This document shows, piece by piece, positions 47,892 to 57,823 of a stretch of 64,000 bases of DNA (its first letter is position 1; each line of letters starts with the position of its first letter). Location: contig JBBQRS010000001.1 of assembly GCA_038214535.1 (NCBI GenBank), forward strand, positions 32,620 through 96,619. Reading direction: 5' to 3'. The notes under the pieces were generated by a model. The model searched no databases, was not told where the DNA came from, and was given only the letters and a program-made list of their open reading frames with translations. The DNA comes from Anaerolineae bacterium (GTDB lineage: Bacteria > Chloroflexota > Anaerolineae > CG2-30-64-16). A program made the translations under genes and the position numbers.

Positions 47892-49961
47892 ATGAGTAAG
47901 GGCCAACGCACCTACGTCTATCTCGCAGCGCTCGTCAGCGGCCTGGCGCTGCTGTTCAGCGCGGTCGTGCTGAGCAACTGGGCGTCCGGCCAATGGGCTG
48001 CGGGCGCGCTGTATCCCCTGCCCGCGGGTGTGTTGGCGCAACCCCCACTCACACCCTGGCTCTGGATCGGCGTTGTGGCCCTCGTGCTGTGGCTGATCCA
48101 TGCGACCTTTGCCGCGCGATCCGCCCGGCAAGAGACGGCCGAGGGCCTGGCGAACCGTTATTCCTCACAGCGCAAGGCCTATTTGTATCTCATGCAACTG
48201 GGTGCATTGGGCGTGTGCCTTGTCGAAGGCCAGCGGCTGGTGAGCGACCTTCTGGCGCGCTTCATGCGTCAGCCGAATTCTGATGCCGCCGCCGGGTCGG
48301 GGACGATCCTCGGGGCAGGCATCGGGCTGGTGATCGGTTTCGCCGCGTGGGCCTTCTTCCGTCGTAGGACGTTGCGCGACGGCGATTACGGCCACGAAGA
48401 GGGTCGCGCCGCGATCTGGCGCCGCCTTTACTTCTACCTCGCCCTGGGCTTGGGGCTCGCGCTGACGGTCTACGGGGCCGCGCAGTTGTTGCGGGTGATG
48501 CTGGGGCTGGGCGGCGAACTGGTGTTGGGCCGGCTGCCCACGCCGGCGGCCTCGCGCGCGACGGTGGTCAGCGCGTTGACCGCGATGGCGCTGGGGTTGC
48601 CGCTGATGGTGCTGGCCTGGCATGGCATCAACCAGACGATTGACATGGTCCCGCAGGCGGAAATCAACGCGCCTAGTCGCATCCTCTTCCTGCGCGCGAT
48701 CGCGTTTTTCGCCACGGCCACGACGCTGCTGAGCCTGACCTACGTGTTGTGGCAGCTCTTCATGGTGACGTTCGGGCAACGTGTGGGCGTTGATTACATC
48801 TTGCCGGGCGACGCGCTCACCACAGCCCTGGCGATCACGCCGGTTGCGGTCGCGCTGTGGTTGGCTGCGGCGGGCGCGCTCCAGAACGACGCTGCGCTGG
48901 GAGACGAGAGCCGCGGGGCGGCGATCTTCCGGCGCGCGCACTTCTATGTGATTGTTGCGGCCTGTCTGGCCGGGTTCTGGTACGGCGCGACCCAACTCCT
49001 GCGGGCCATCTTCCCGCTGGCGTTGGACGCGTTTTCTTCGGCGGATGTCGTTGCGCCGGTTTCGGTCGTGCAGTTGGGCCTGACGGCGGCGCTGTTGCTG
49101 GTGGCCGCGCCCGCGTGGTGGGGCCACTGGTGGCCCTTACAGGTGCGGGCGAACCGGTTCACGGCGGATGGTTTCGAGGAGCGCGCGTCGGTACTGCGTC
49201 GAGGGTATCTAGCGGTCGTGATTATCGTCGCGTCGGCGCTGATCCTCGTGGCACTGGGGATGATTGTCTTTACGCTGGTGGGCGGGCGCCCGGCCAACGC
49301 GACCGATGGCTCGACCCTGTTGATGAGCAGCGCGCTGGCCGTTGGGCTGGTCGCGGTTGGCTGGTGGGCGCTGCACGTGCTGACTTTGCGCTCTGATCGG
49401 CTGGCGCAGGCCACCTGGCTGCGCGTGCAGGCGTCGCTGCCGGGGCCGGTCGAATTCGTGATCCCCGCGGATGGATCACGCAGCTTCGCGCGCGAGGAAC
49501 TCACACCGCTCGCGCCGGCGTCGCCCGAAATGGACGCGACAGCCGCTGTGCCCGCTGCGCCGGTCATCGTCGTGGTAGACGGCGCGGATGGCGCGCTGGG
49601 CGTCAGCATCATGGAGGCCCTGCGCGCGGCGCTGCCCGGCGTCATCGTCGCGCCGCACGGGTTGACGGTGCCGGCGCGCCAGGCGATGCAGGACGATGCT
49701 GCGAACGCGTCCGCGTTGCCCGATGCGCTGAAGTGGGCCGCGGTGATTATCATGGCGAGCGACGATCTGCCGGCGCGGGGTGAGGGCGTTTCCCCCGACT
49801 ACGAATTGCAGAGCGCGCTGGAGAGCGGACGCGCGCAGGTTCTTCTGCTGCCGCCCCGGCGGGCGCACTATCGCTGGGTGGGCGCGCCCGACTGGCCGAT
49901 GGAGCGCTGGATTCAATATGTTGTCAGTGAAGCGGCGCGTGCGTTGCAAACCGGCGCATAG
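47892..49961 (+). CDS. Repetitive polytopic membrane protein (DUF5671-like repeats) with a soluble C-terminal domain
   Basis: Repeated R..Y.Y motifs followed by TM pairs (RKAYLY, RRLYFY, RRAHFY, RRGYL). Confidence 0.65.
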   Translation: MSKGQRTYVYLAALVSGLALLFSAVVLSNWASGQWAAGALYPLPAGVLAQPPLTPWLWIGVVALVLWLIHATFAARSARQETAEGLANRYSSQRKAYLYLMQLGALGVCLVEGQRLVSDLLARFMRQPNSDAAAGSGTILGAGIGLVIGFAAWAFFRRRTLRDGDYGHEEGRAAIWRRLYFYLALGLGLALTVYGAAQLLRVMLGLGGELVLGRLPTPAASRATVVSALTAMALGLPLMVLAWHGINQTIDMVPQAEINAPSRILFLRAIAFFATATTLLSLTYVLWQLFMVTFGQRVGVDYILPGDALTTALAITPVAVALWLAAAGALQNDAALGDESRGAAIFRRAHFYVIVAACLAGFWYGATQLLRAIFPLALDAFSSADVVAPVSVVQLGLTAALLLVAAPAWWGHWWPLQVRANRFTADGFEERASVLRRGYLAVVIIVASALILVALGMIVFTLVGGRPANATDGSTLLMSSALAVGLVAVGWWALHVLTLRSDRLAQATWLRVQASLPGPVEFVIPADGSRSFAREELTPLAPASPEMDATAAVPAAPVIVVVDGADGALGVSIMEALRAALPGVIVAPHGLTVPARQAMQDDAANASALPDALKWAAVIIMASDDLPARGEGVSPDYELQSALESGRAQVLLLPPRRAHYRWVGAPDWPMERWIQYVVSEAARALQTGA

Positions 49962-49992
49962 ACCGTAATTCTCCGGCGGCGATGGACGGTGG

Positions 49993-51045
49993 ATGCACAC
50001 ACTTCTGGTTCCGAGCGGCAAACAACCGGTGACCCCCGAGGCTCTCCCGGATCAACTGGGCAAGCTGTTGACCGGCCCCGACGCGCTCGTCTGGCTCGAC
50101 ATCGAGGCCCCGACCGACGAGGACGCCGCGCTGCTGACCGATGTATTCGGGTTTCACCCGCTCGCCATCGAGGACGCCGTCCGCGCACGCGAGCGGCCCA
50201 AGGTGGACATCTATCATACCTACCCCGCTCTCGCGACAGATGGTGAGCCGCCTTCGCATTCCTCAAAGGCTGCGATTGGCCGCGATGTCGTCCTTCCCGG
50301 CCCCTATTACCTGGTTGTGTTCTACAGCGTTCACCTGAACGGGCTCGATCATACCCCCCAGATGGATCCGTTGAGCATCTTCATCGGGACGCATTATCTG
50401 GTCACGGTGCATCCGCGCCCGATTTCGCAGATCACCGAGACGTGGACCCGTTTTCAAGCCCCTAAGAGCCCGATGGAGCATCGTTCGGCGGTGCTGGTCT
50501 ACACATTGCTCGATGCGATTGTAGATGATTATTTTCCGTTGGTGGATCAGATTGCGGAGGATGCCGAAGAGCTGGAGGATGCGATTTTTGCCGAGCCGGA
50601 CGAAGGCACCATCCAGGCGATCTTCGTGCTCAAGAAGCAGTTGCTCAGGTTGCGCCAGATCTTCGCGCCGGAGCGTGATGTCGTCAATGTGCTACTGCGC
50701 CGTGAGTTGCCGGTGTTCAAGTCGCGCGATGTGGCCTATTTGCAGGATATCTACGATCATCTCGTGCGGCTGACCGATGGCCTGGATACCTATCGCGATC
50801 TGATTTCCACGGCGCTGGATAGCTATCTGTCCATCCAGTCGAACAACCTGAATCAGATCATGAAGACGCTCACCATTGGTTCCATTCTGCTGATGGCGGC
50901 GGCGCTGATCGCGAGCATCTACGGTATGAATTTCAAGTACATGCCGGAACTGGCGCAACGGTGGGGCTACCCGTTCTCGTTGGCGCTCATGGCGGTGGTG
51001 TCGGGCGGGCTGGCGCTCTATTTCAAACGCAAGGATTGGTTCTGA
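49993..51045 (+). CDS. corA: Magnesium/cobalt transporter CorA
   Basis: FHPLAIED, RPKVD, YGMNF and MPEL..RWGY. Confidence 0.93.
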   Translation: MHTLLVPSGKQPVTPEALPDQLGKLLTGPDALVWLDIEAPTDEDAALLTDVFGFHPLAIEDAVRARERPKVDIYHTYPALATDGEPPSHSSKAAIGRDVVLPGPYYLVVFYSVHLNGLDHTPQMDPLSIFIGTHYLVTVHPRPISQITETWTRFQAPKSPMEHRSAVLVYTLLDAIVDDYFPLVDQIAEDAEELEDAIFAEPDEGTIQAIFVLKKQLLRLRQIFAPERDVVNVLLRRELPVFKSRDVAYLQDIYDHLVRLTDGLDTYRDLISTALDSYLSIQSNNLNQIMKTLTIGSILLMAAALIASIYGMNFKYMPELAQRWGYPFSLALMAVVSGGLALYFKRKDWF

Positions 51046-52865
51046 CGCCAGCGCCCTTCGTAGAAGCGCCGCCAGTCGGGCCAGATGGCACGCGGGTCGA
51101 AGTTGAAGCGGACGAACAGCGGGTCGTGATCCGAGCTGCGCCGGCTGGTGCGGTCGGGGACCAGCAGGTCGGGGAAATCCGCGTTGATGTGTACCGGCCC
51201 GGCGGCCTTGATGTAGCGCAGCAGGTCTGTGCTGACGATCACGTAGTCGGGCGTTTCGGCCAACCCGTTGTAGATATAGGTATAGGCGTCGGCGCGCAGC
51301 ACGTGCGTCTCGTAAAGGTCGGCGAAGGCGGCCAGCCGTTGCAGCGTGGCCGAATCGGGCGTGTCGTTGAGGTCGCCCAGGGCGATGCGGTGCGGCCCAT
51401 CGAGGAGCTGCGCCACGTGGTCGGCTTGCGCCAGCCGTTGCGGGATGTTCTCCGTTTCATCGCCCCGGCGCGACTTGAAGTGATTGACGATGACCCGCAG
51501 GTCGAAGGCCGCGTCGCCGGATTCTGAACGAATCGTCAGATCGGCCACGTAGGGCGGGCGGTCGAACACCGGATAGCCTGTCTTGCAGGGGTTCGTCTCG
51601 GCGCGTTGGCCGCGCGCAGATTGGTAATCCACGCCGAAATCGCGCGCTCCGCAAACCTGCGCCGCCCTGCTCTGCTTGACCGTCACGCGCCGCGGGTCAT
51701 ACAGGATGCCGACCGTGATGTCGCGCGCGTCCGCGCTTTCGATATAGTCGTAGCGATAGTCGCCTGCCGCTGCGGCGAGGCGTTCCCATACCAAGTCTTT
51801 GCCTTCGACTTCCTGCAAGCCCACCACCGCACAGCCGCCCAACTCTTCCCGGATCGCCCGCGCTCGCTTCTCAAGGCGCGCCGTATAATCAGCTTCGTTT
51901 GCGGGCGACCAGTCCCCGATGTCGCCGTCGCCGTCATCCACGGCGTCAAACAGGTTCTCCACGTTGAAGCTACAGACGCCGAACTCGTCGGGCGCGAGCG
52001 GGTCGCGAGATTGGAGTGGTTCCGGCGCGGCTTGCACCGTGACAGGCGACGACTCCTGATCTACCAGCAGGACATAGCGGCCGAACTGGTAGGCGAGGAT
52101 GCCGGTGAGCCGTGACGCGGTCAGGCGGTCGCCCACGCGCGCGGCGGGCAGGTCGCGGCCCAACCCGCCGGAGAGATAGATCATGCCCCGGCCGGGCGCG
52201 ATCTCACCGGCGAAGATACGTCGCCCCGCCAGCCCGCTGGCGGCGGGAACCAGTGCAACCTCCGGGTCGCCCGCGGGGAAACGCGAGATATATCGGGTGG
52301 TCGGACCGCTCACGTAGCCGTCCACATCGAGCGCGACGCGCATCCCCTCATACCGTTCGAGAACCGGTTCGGGGTCGGCATCGGGGTCTATGGGAGGGTC
52401 AATCGGCACAGGGTCGGGGAGAACACATTGCCCCAGCCGGGAATAGGCCGCCTCGCGATCCGACTTGAGCTTGACGATCTCGGTCGAGCCGTAGAACTCC
52501 TGGACGCCGAAATCGCGGATTTCGAGCAGGTCACCCGGTTTGAGCTTGCGGGGGTTCGTCCAGCCGCTCCAGCGGTAGACGAAGATGCCTTCGGAGGTGG
52601 TAAGGTCGGAGTCAGGCTTGTCTGATTGAATGTAGAAGCCATCGGCGGCGACGCCGGTCACACAGCCCCTGACACAGCCCAGCCCCTTGCGGCCATCCAG
52701 CGCGGAGCTGCCGCCCGGCCCCTGAATTCCCGCAATCGTCAGGCAACCTGTTTGCGCGGGCGGCGTGTCGGCTGCGTTGGCCGCGGCGTGTGTCGCGAGA
52801 AGCAACACACCCGCCAGCAGCAGCGCTGTGACCTTACCCCGGCTGAAGACGTGAGACGCACACAT
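51018..52865 (-). CDS. Secreted endonuclease/exonuclease/phosphatase (ExeM-like, with OB fold)
   Basis: Signal-like N-terminus; GFYIQ, SEGIFV, FNVENLFD, GLQEVE, VNHFKS, LGDLND and SSDHDP; start uncertain. Confidence 0.85.
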   Translation of the reverse strand: MCASHVFSRGKVTALLLAGVLLLATHAAANAADTPPAQTGCLTIAGIQGPGGSSALDGRKGLGCVRGCVTGVAADGFYIQSDKPDSDLTTSEGIFVYRWSGWTNPRKLKPGDLLEIRDFGVQEFYGSTEIVKLKSDREAAYSRLGQCVLPDPVPIDPPIDPDADPEPVLERYEGMRVALDVDGYVSGPTTRYISRFPAGDPEVALVPAASGLAGRRIFAGEIAPGRGMIYLSGGLGRDLPAARVGDRLTASRLTGILAYQFGRYVLLVDQESSPVTVQAAPEPLQSRDPLAPDEFGVCSFNVENLFDAVDDGDGDIGDWSPANEADYTARLEKRARAIREELGGCAVVGLQEVEGKDLVWERLAAAAGDYRYDYIESADARDITVGILYDPRRVTVKQSRAAQVCGARDFGVDYQSARGQRAETNPCKTGYPVFDRPPYVADLTIRSESGDAAFDLRVIVNHFKSRRGDETENIPQRLAQADHVAQLLDGPHRIALGDLNDTPDSATLQRLAAFADLYETHVLRADAYTYIYNGLAETPDYVIVSTDLLRYIKAAGPVHINADFPDLLVPDRTSRRSSDHDPLFVRFNFDPRAIWPDWRRFYEGRWRQNQSLRLK

Positions 52866-52923
52866 ATGTGAATCTAAGCACAACATCGCGTGGGTGTCAA
52901 ACAGGCGTTGGGGGAAAGCAATC

Positions 52924-52960
52924 GTAGTCTACGCGCGACGCCCACAAGGGGCTAGACTAC
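52924..52960. repeat. REPIN family A, internally deleted copy
   Basis: GTAGTCTA-CGCGCGACGCCCACAAGGGGCTAGACTAC. Confidence 0.75.
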
Positions 52961-53062
52961 AGCCTTCGCAGGGTTCGACTCTGAACAGTTACGTTGGGAG
53001 CGGTGAATCTGCCCCAGGTTGGGATAAATCCAACGAATTTTGGGAAAAGTTGCGATATCCTC

Positions 53063-53110
53063 TTGACAAACGAACAGGTGTTCGCTATAATACGCTTAGA
53101 ACAAACTTTC
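53063..53110 (+). promoter_or_regulatory. lexA promoter with SOS box(es)
   Basis: TTGACA-17 bp-TATAAT (53063-53091) with CGAACAGGTGTTCG at 53071-53084 in the spacer; a degenerate second box GAACAAACTTTC at 53099-53110. Confidence 0.9.
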
Positions 53111-53137
53111 GGCCCGCATGTTCGAGGAGACAAACAC

Positions 53138-53800
53138 GTGGCAACATCTGAACTGTCGGAACGACAACAACGCATCATGGCTTTTATCGAAGAGTATCTG
53201 ACGGAGCATAACTATCCGCCCACGATCCGGGAGATCGGTAAAGCGGCGGATATCAGCTCAACCTCAGTGGTGAAGTACAACCTGGAGCGGTTGCAAGACA
53301 AGGGGCTCATCGAGCGCAGCGACGAAGTGTCGCGCGGGTTGCGGTTGACGCAGGGCGCATCCATGATTCCGGGTCGGGGCGCACCGCAAATGGGGCTGGT
53401 GTCCATCCCCAAGCTCGGCGTGATCGCCGCCGGCGTCCCGATTGCCGCCTTCGGCCAACAAGAGGACCCCTTCTCAGGAGAAGTGCTCACCTTGACACAA
53501 GACCTTGTCCCCGGTTCCGGCGATCTTTATGCATTGCAGGTCAAGGGCGATTCGATGATTGACGCCCTGGTTTGCGACGGCGATTGGGTGATCATCAAGC
53601 ATCAGAACACCGCCCAGCCGCGCGACATGATCGCCGCCTGGCGCAAGGATGAAGAAGTAACAACCCTGAAGTATTACTACCCGGAAGGCAAGGAAGTCCG
53701 CCTGCAACCGGCGAACCCGAACTATCCACCGATCAACGTCCCTGCCGATCAGCTCGAGATTCAGGGCAAGGTGGTCGCCGTCTATCGCCAGCTTGCTTAA
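53138..53800 (+). CDS. lexA: SOS repressor LexA
   Basis: YPPTIREI, Ala-Gly cleavage site GVIAAG, GDSM and TLK; GAGGAG SD before GTG 53138. Confidence 0.96.
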   Translation: MATSELSERQQRIMAFIEEYLTEHNYPPTIREIGKAADISSTSVVKYNLERLQDKGLIERSDEVSRGLRLTQGASMIPGRGAPQMGLVSIPKLGVIAAGVPIAAFGQQEDPFSGEVLTLTQDLVPGSGDLYALQVKGDSMIDALVCDGDWVIIKHQNTAQPRDMIAAWRKDEEVTTLKYYYPEGKEVRLQPANPNYPPINVPADQLEIQGKVVAVYRQLA

Positions 53801-53807
53801 TCGCAAG

Positions 53808-54395
53808 ATGGATGGACGGTTGCCGGTCGCTTTCTACGTCCGAGATACGCAGACGGTGGCCAGGGGGTTGTTGGGCCAACGACTGGTGCGCGTGATCGAG
53901 GGCCGGCGGTTGAGCGGGCTGATTTGTGAGACGGAAGCCTATCGTGGGGCCGATGATGAGGCATCGCACGCCTATCGCCGCACCGCGCGCAGCGAGATCA
54001 TGTATGGCCCCGCAGGGCGCGCCTATGTTTATTTCATTTACGGGATGTACGATTGTCTGAACGTCGTGACCGAGGGCGACGCGCAACCGGGGGCGGTGCT
54101 GCTGCGGGCGATCCTTCCCGACGAGGGCCTTGAATTCATGCGCGCGCACCGGGGTGATGTCCCCGACAGCCGCCTGACGGACGGGCCGGGCAAGCTCTGC
54201 CGGGCGCTGACGATTGACAGGGCGCAAAACGGCGTTGATCTGACCACCGATGCGGCGTTGTTCATCGAAGCGGGCGCGCCGGTGGCCGATTCGGCGGTAC
54301 TGGTCACGGCGCGCATTGGCGTCCGCGGGGGCGACGAGGCGCGCCGTCGCCCGTGGCGCTTCCTCTGGCAGCCCGGGCCGGTATCGTCCGTGTGA
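53808..54395 (+). CDS. 3-methyladenine DNA glycosylase (MPG/AAG type)
   Basis: ETEAY, YVYFIYGM, AVLLRA, GPGKLC and RIG. Confidence 0.92.
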   Translation: MDGRLPVAFYVRDTQTVARGLLGQRLVRVIEGRRLSGLICETEAYRGADDEASHAYRRTARSEIMYGPAGRAYVYFIYGMYDCLNVVTEGDAQPGAVLLRAILPDEGLEFMRAHRGDVPDSRLTDGPGKLCRALTIDRAQNGVDLTTDAALFIEAGAPVADSAVLVTARIGVRGGDEARRRPWRFLWQPGPVSSV

Positions 54396-54400
54396 TTGCT

Positions 54401-54568
54401 CCTGGAGTAGAGGCTTCAGCCGGTTTTTGTGGCAACAGGGAATCATGCTGTGAACCGGCTGAAGCCTCTACTCCAGGTATTGCTTAGTGTCTTCCGAACT
54501 GGCGCCGCCCCTTTGTAGTGACGGCTTTAGCCGTTGGGGAGCGCAAAAACGGCTAAAGCCGTCACTAC
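54401..54568. repeat. Two adjacent REPINs: a GGAG variant (54401-54477) and family B (54515-54568)
   Basis: CCTGGAGTAGAGGCTTCAGCCGGTT...AACCGGCTGAAGCCTCTACTCCAGG, then GTAGTGACGGCTTTAGCCGTT...CACTAC. Confidence 0.85.
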
Positions 54569-54624
54569 AAAGGGAAAGATACGATGATTTGGGAGTATTC
54601 GGATAGATTCTTACTCAGTTGCCT

Positions 54625-56178
54625 TCAAGCGCCGCGCCTGACTAGACGGCGTAGCACGGCCACTTCCGGCATCCGTAATATGACCGTCACGATCAGATAG
54701 GTCAGGCCGCCTACGACCAGCCCCGCCAGGCCGAGGGGAATCACCGGCGCATCGGCCCAGCGGCGCGCCATGAAGATCAAGGGCGCGGCCATCGCCGCCG
54801 AAGCCAGCCCCGCCTTCAGCGATACTGCGCCCAGCGCCCCCCAGTCCAGCCCGTTCAGCCGCCGGCTCAAGAACCAGCATAACAACGCGGTTTCGATCAA
54901 TGTGGCCGTCGTGTTTGCCAGCGCTAACCCGGCGTGCGCCATGGGCATGATCAGCAGCAAGCTCAAGATCACGTTGAGGCCCATAGACCCCACGCCGATC
55001 ACCACGGGCGTGCGCGTGTCGTGCAGCGCATAGAACGCACGCGTGACGATCTCCACCACGGAATGCCCGATCAGGCCGAACGCATAGAATGCCAGCGCGA
55101 TGGCCGTCAGTTTGGTGGAGGTGGCCGTGAACGCCCCGCGCTCCAACAGCATCCGGATCAGCGGCACGCGCCACACCAGCAGCCCGACAGCCGCCGGGAT
55201 TGCCAGAAACAGGACGCCGCGCAGCGTGCTGGTAATCAGGCGGCGTAGTTCATCCATGCGCCCGCCGGCCTCCAACGCGGCGAAGGTGGGGAAAGCTGCG
55301 GTCGCCACGGCCTGCGCCACGATGCCTTGCGGCAAGAGCATGATTAGCCACGCGTAGTTCAGCGCCGACAGGCTCCCCGCCATCAACCCGGATGCCAGCA
55401 TAGTGTTAATCCAGAAATGAAGCTGGACCGCGGCGAGGCCGAGCACCCTGGGGGCCATCAGCCGCCCCACCTCTCTGACGTTCGCATCGCCCAGCCCCAG
55501 AACCGGATAGTATCGCGCGCCCACCAGCCACAGGCCGATCAGTTGGGCCTGCAAGTGCAACGCCGCGCCGACCACCACGCCGACCACCAGGCCATAGACG
55601 CCAAACTTTGGGGCCAAAAACCATGCGCCCGCAATGATGCTCAGGTTGTATAATAGAGGGGCCAGCGCGGGGAGCAGAAAATGCTGGAAACTGTTGAGCA
55701 CCCCCATCATGATGCCGCTAACGCCAAAGATGATGGTGCTGATGAGCATCCAGCGCATCAGCGAAACCGTGAGCGCCTGTTGGTCGGGGGTGAAACCGGG
55801 GGCCAGGACGTTGCTCACCAGCCAGGGCGCGGTGACCGCCGCTGCGACCGCAATGCCGGTCATCGCGATGATGACGAGGTTGGTGACGGCGCTGAAGAGC
55901 CGCCAGCCGCCGGTCAGGTCGCGCCGGGTCAGGCAGCCGGTGAAGACGGGGATGAACGCCGAGCCGAGCGCGCCGCCCGCCATGAGTTGGAACAAGAGAT
56001 CGGGGACCCGAAATGCGGCGAGATAGGCATCCAGTTCAGCGCTGGTGCCGAAGCGCGCCCCGATGATCATCTCGCGCGCCAGCCCGGCCATGCGGCTCAT
56101 GAAGAAGAGCGCCATGACCAGTGTGGCTGCACGGAGGACTTGACGACCGGCGGTAAGGGGCGCTGCGCGGGGAACCAT
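54625..56178 (-). CDS. murJ: Lipid II flippase MurJ (MviN)
   Basis: SRMAGLARE, DAYLAAFRVPD, GSAFIPVF, RAFYALHDTRTP and GLALAN. Confidence 0.92.
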   Translation of the reverse strand: MVPRAAPLTAGRQVLRAATLVMALFFMSRMAGLAREMIIGARFGTSAELDAYLAAFRVPDLLFQLMAGGALGSAFIPVFTGCLTRRDLTGGWRLFSAVTNLVIIAMTGIAVAAAVTAPWLVSNVLAPGFTPDQQALTVSLMRWMLISTIIFGVSGIMMGVLNSFQHFLLPALAPLLYNLSIIAGAWFLAPKFGVYGLVVGVVVGAALHLQAQLIGLWLVGARYYPVLGLGDANVREVGRLMAPRVLGLAAVQLHFWINTMLASGLMAGSLSALNYAWLIMLLPQGIVAQAVATAAFPTFAALEAGGRMDELRRLITSTLRGVLFLAIPAAVGLLVWRVPLIRMLLERGAFTATSTKLTAIALAFYAFGLIGHSVVEIVTRAFYALHDTRTPVVIGVGSMGLNVILSLLLIMPMAHAGLALANTTATLIETALLCWFLSRRLNGLDWGALGAVSLKAGLASAAMAAPLIFMARRWADAPVIPLGLAGLVVGGLTYLIVTVILRMPEVAVLRRLVRRGA

Positions 56179-56269
56179 GCCGGCAATTATAGCACGCGCA
56201 GGCCGCGTGACCAACGGAATATCATGAAGCAATTTTAAGAAGATCGAACCAGGAAGAGAGGGGAGAGCG

Positions 56270-56788
56270 ATGGGGGAGAGCGATCAAGGCGTCGAGCGTA
56301 GCCGTGGGCGTTACCTCGCCATTCCGCGCGTATTGGGTTTCATCACGCACGGCGATGAGGTCTTGCTGCTCAAGGGCGGGCCGCACAAGCGCCTGTGGGC
56401 CGGGCTTTATAATGGGGTCGGCGGCCATCTCGAGCCGGGCGAGGACATGCAGGCCGCGTTGGTGCGCGAGATTCGCGAGGAAACGGGGCTGGTTGTCCAC
56501 ACCATCCGGTTGCGCTACGTCGTGCATGTGGACGTGGGCGACCCGTTGCAGGGCGTGATCTTTCTCGTTTTCACGGCCATTTCGGACACGCGAGAGACGA
56601 CGCCATCCGTGGAAGGCGAGCTGCACTGGTTCCCGCGCGACGCGTTGCCCACCGCGGAGTTGGTTGAGGACCTGCCGGAACTCTTGCCCAGGGTGCTGGC
56701 AATGGGCCTGAACGATCCGCCGGGCTATGCGTTGTATACCTATGATGCGTTCGACCGGCTTGCGATGTCGTTCGCGGACGCGGTGTGA
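56270..56788 (+). CDS. NUDIX hydrolase
   Basis: Nudix box GGHLEPGEDMQAALVREIREETG. Confidence 0.9.
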   Translation: MGESDQGVERSRGRYLAIPRVLGFITHGDEVLLLKGGPHKRLWAGLYNGVGGHLEPGEDMQAALVREIREETGLVVHTIRLRYVVHVDVGDPLQGVIFLVFTAISDTRETTPSVEGELHWFPRDALPTAELVEDLPELLPRVLAMGLNDPPGYALYTYDAFDRLAMSFADAV

Positions 56789-56803
56789 ACGCCGTTTTAC
56801 CCT

Positions 56804-56870
56804 GCGGAGTGCGCATCCTCAGATGCGCCTGTGCTTACCGGAGATGCGCATCTGAGGATGCGCACTCCGC
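56804..56870. repeat. REPIN family C (GGAGTGCGCATCCTCAGATGCGC inverted pair)
   Basis: Inverted pair between convergent genes. Confidence 0.8.
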
Positions 56871-56877
56871 GAGAATT

Positions 56878-57672
56878 TCATGATGAGAGGGTAAAGCCGC
56901 GCAGCAGGGGATTGACGCGGCGCGGGTTCTCCAGCGGGCTGAGATGCCCCGCCTGTGGAATGATCTCGACGCGCGCGTTCGGGATGCCCGCGGCCAGCGC
57001 CTCCGCGTCGGCGGGCGGGGTGAGCGTGTCCTGCGCGCCCACGATGACCAGCGTCGGAACCGTGATCGTCGGCAGGGTGGGGCGGCTGTCGGGCCGATCC
57101 CGCATCGCGCCCAGCGCGGCGACGATGCCGCCGGTCGGCTGCGCGGCCATCATCTCCCTGACGCGATCGTGGATGCGCGGGTCGGCCAGGTTGTCGGGAG
57201 TCAACAGCTTCGGCGCCATCTCATCCGCATAGGCCGCTGCGCTCCCCTGCTGCACGCTTGCGATGGCCTTGTTGCGGGCCTCGCGCCCCTGCGCGCTGTC
57301 CGGCTCGGCGCGCGTATCCAGCAGCGCCAGGGCGCGCACGCGCTCCGGGTGACGCCGCCACAGGGCGAACGCGATATATCCCCCCATGCTCAACCCCGCA
57401 ATGACAGCCTGCGCCACGTCAAGATGATCGAGCAGGGCCACGAGGTCATCAGCGTATTGGTCCATGCTGTACGGCCCCGGTGGAACCTCCGATGCACCCG
57501 CGCCGCGCAGATCGGGCGCGATCACGCGCACGTCATTGGATAACCCCGCGAGTTGCGCCTGCCACATGCGATGATCGAACGGAAAACCGTGGATCACCAG
57601 CAGGGTTTGCGGATGCCTTTGTCCCAGGTCGCGATAGGCCAACTTGACCCCATTTGCGATTGCGTTTTTCAT
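56878..57672 (-). CDS. Alpha/beta fold hydrolase
   Basis: HGFP, nucleophile elbow GLSMGG, GAQD and AGH. Confidence 0.9.
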   Translation of the reverse strand: MKNAIANGVKLAYRDLGQRHPQTLLVIHGFPFDHRMWQAQLAGLSNDVRVIAPDLRGAGASEVPPGPYSMDQYADDLVALLDHLDVAQAVIAGLSMGGYIAFALWRRHPERVRALALLDTRAEPDSAQGREARNKAIASVQQGSAAAYADEMAPKLLTPDNLADPRIHDRVREMMAAQPTGGIVAALGAMRDRPDSRPTLPTITVPTLVIVGAQDTLTPPADAEALAAGIPNARVEIIPQAGHLSPLENPRRVNPLLRGFTLSS

Positions 57673-57823
57673 TGACGCGCCTCCTGTTGATTGGTTTCTG
57701 CTTCGTGTGGGGAGTATAGCATATTACCGCCATGCTGCGTTCTGTGCGGCGCGACACAAGTTGGCTCGCCCCGTATTTCAGGATATAATATGCGTTGAAC
57801 CTCATTCAGGAGGATGAGAAAAG

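Noticed and set aside
51018-51045. 28-bp convergent overlap of the corA and nuclease 3' ends
   Set aside because: Short tail-to-tail overlaps are common and there is no sign of function.
54484-54612. Possible second MITE shell (AGTGTCTTCCGAA / TTCGGATAGATTCT) around a REPIN
   Set aside because: The match is weak and gapped, and it occurs only once in the window.
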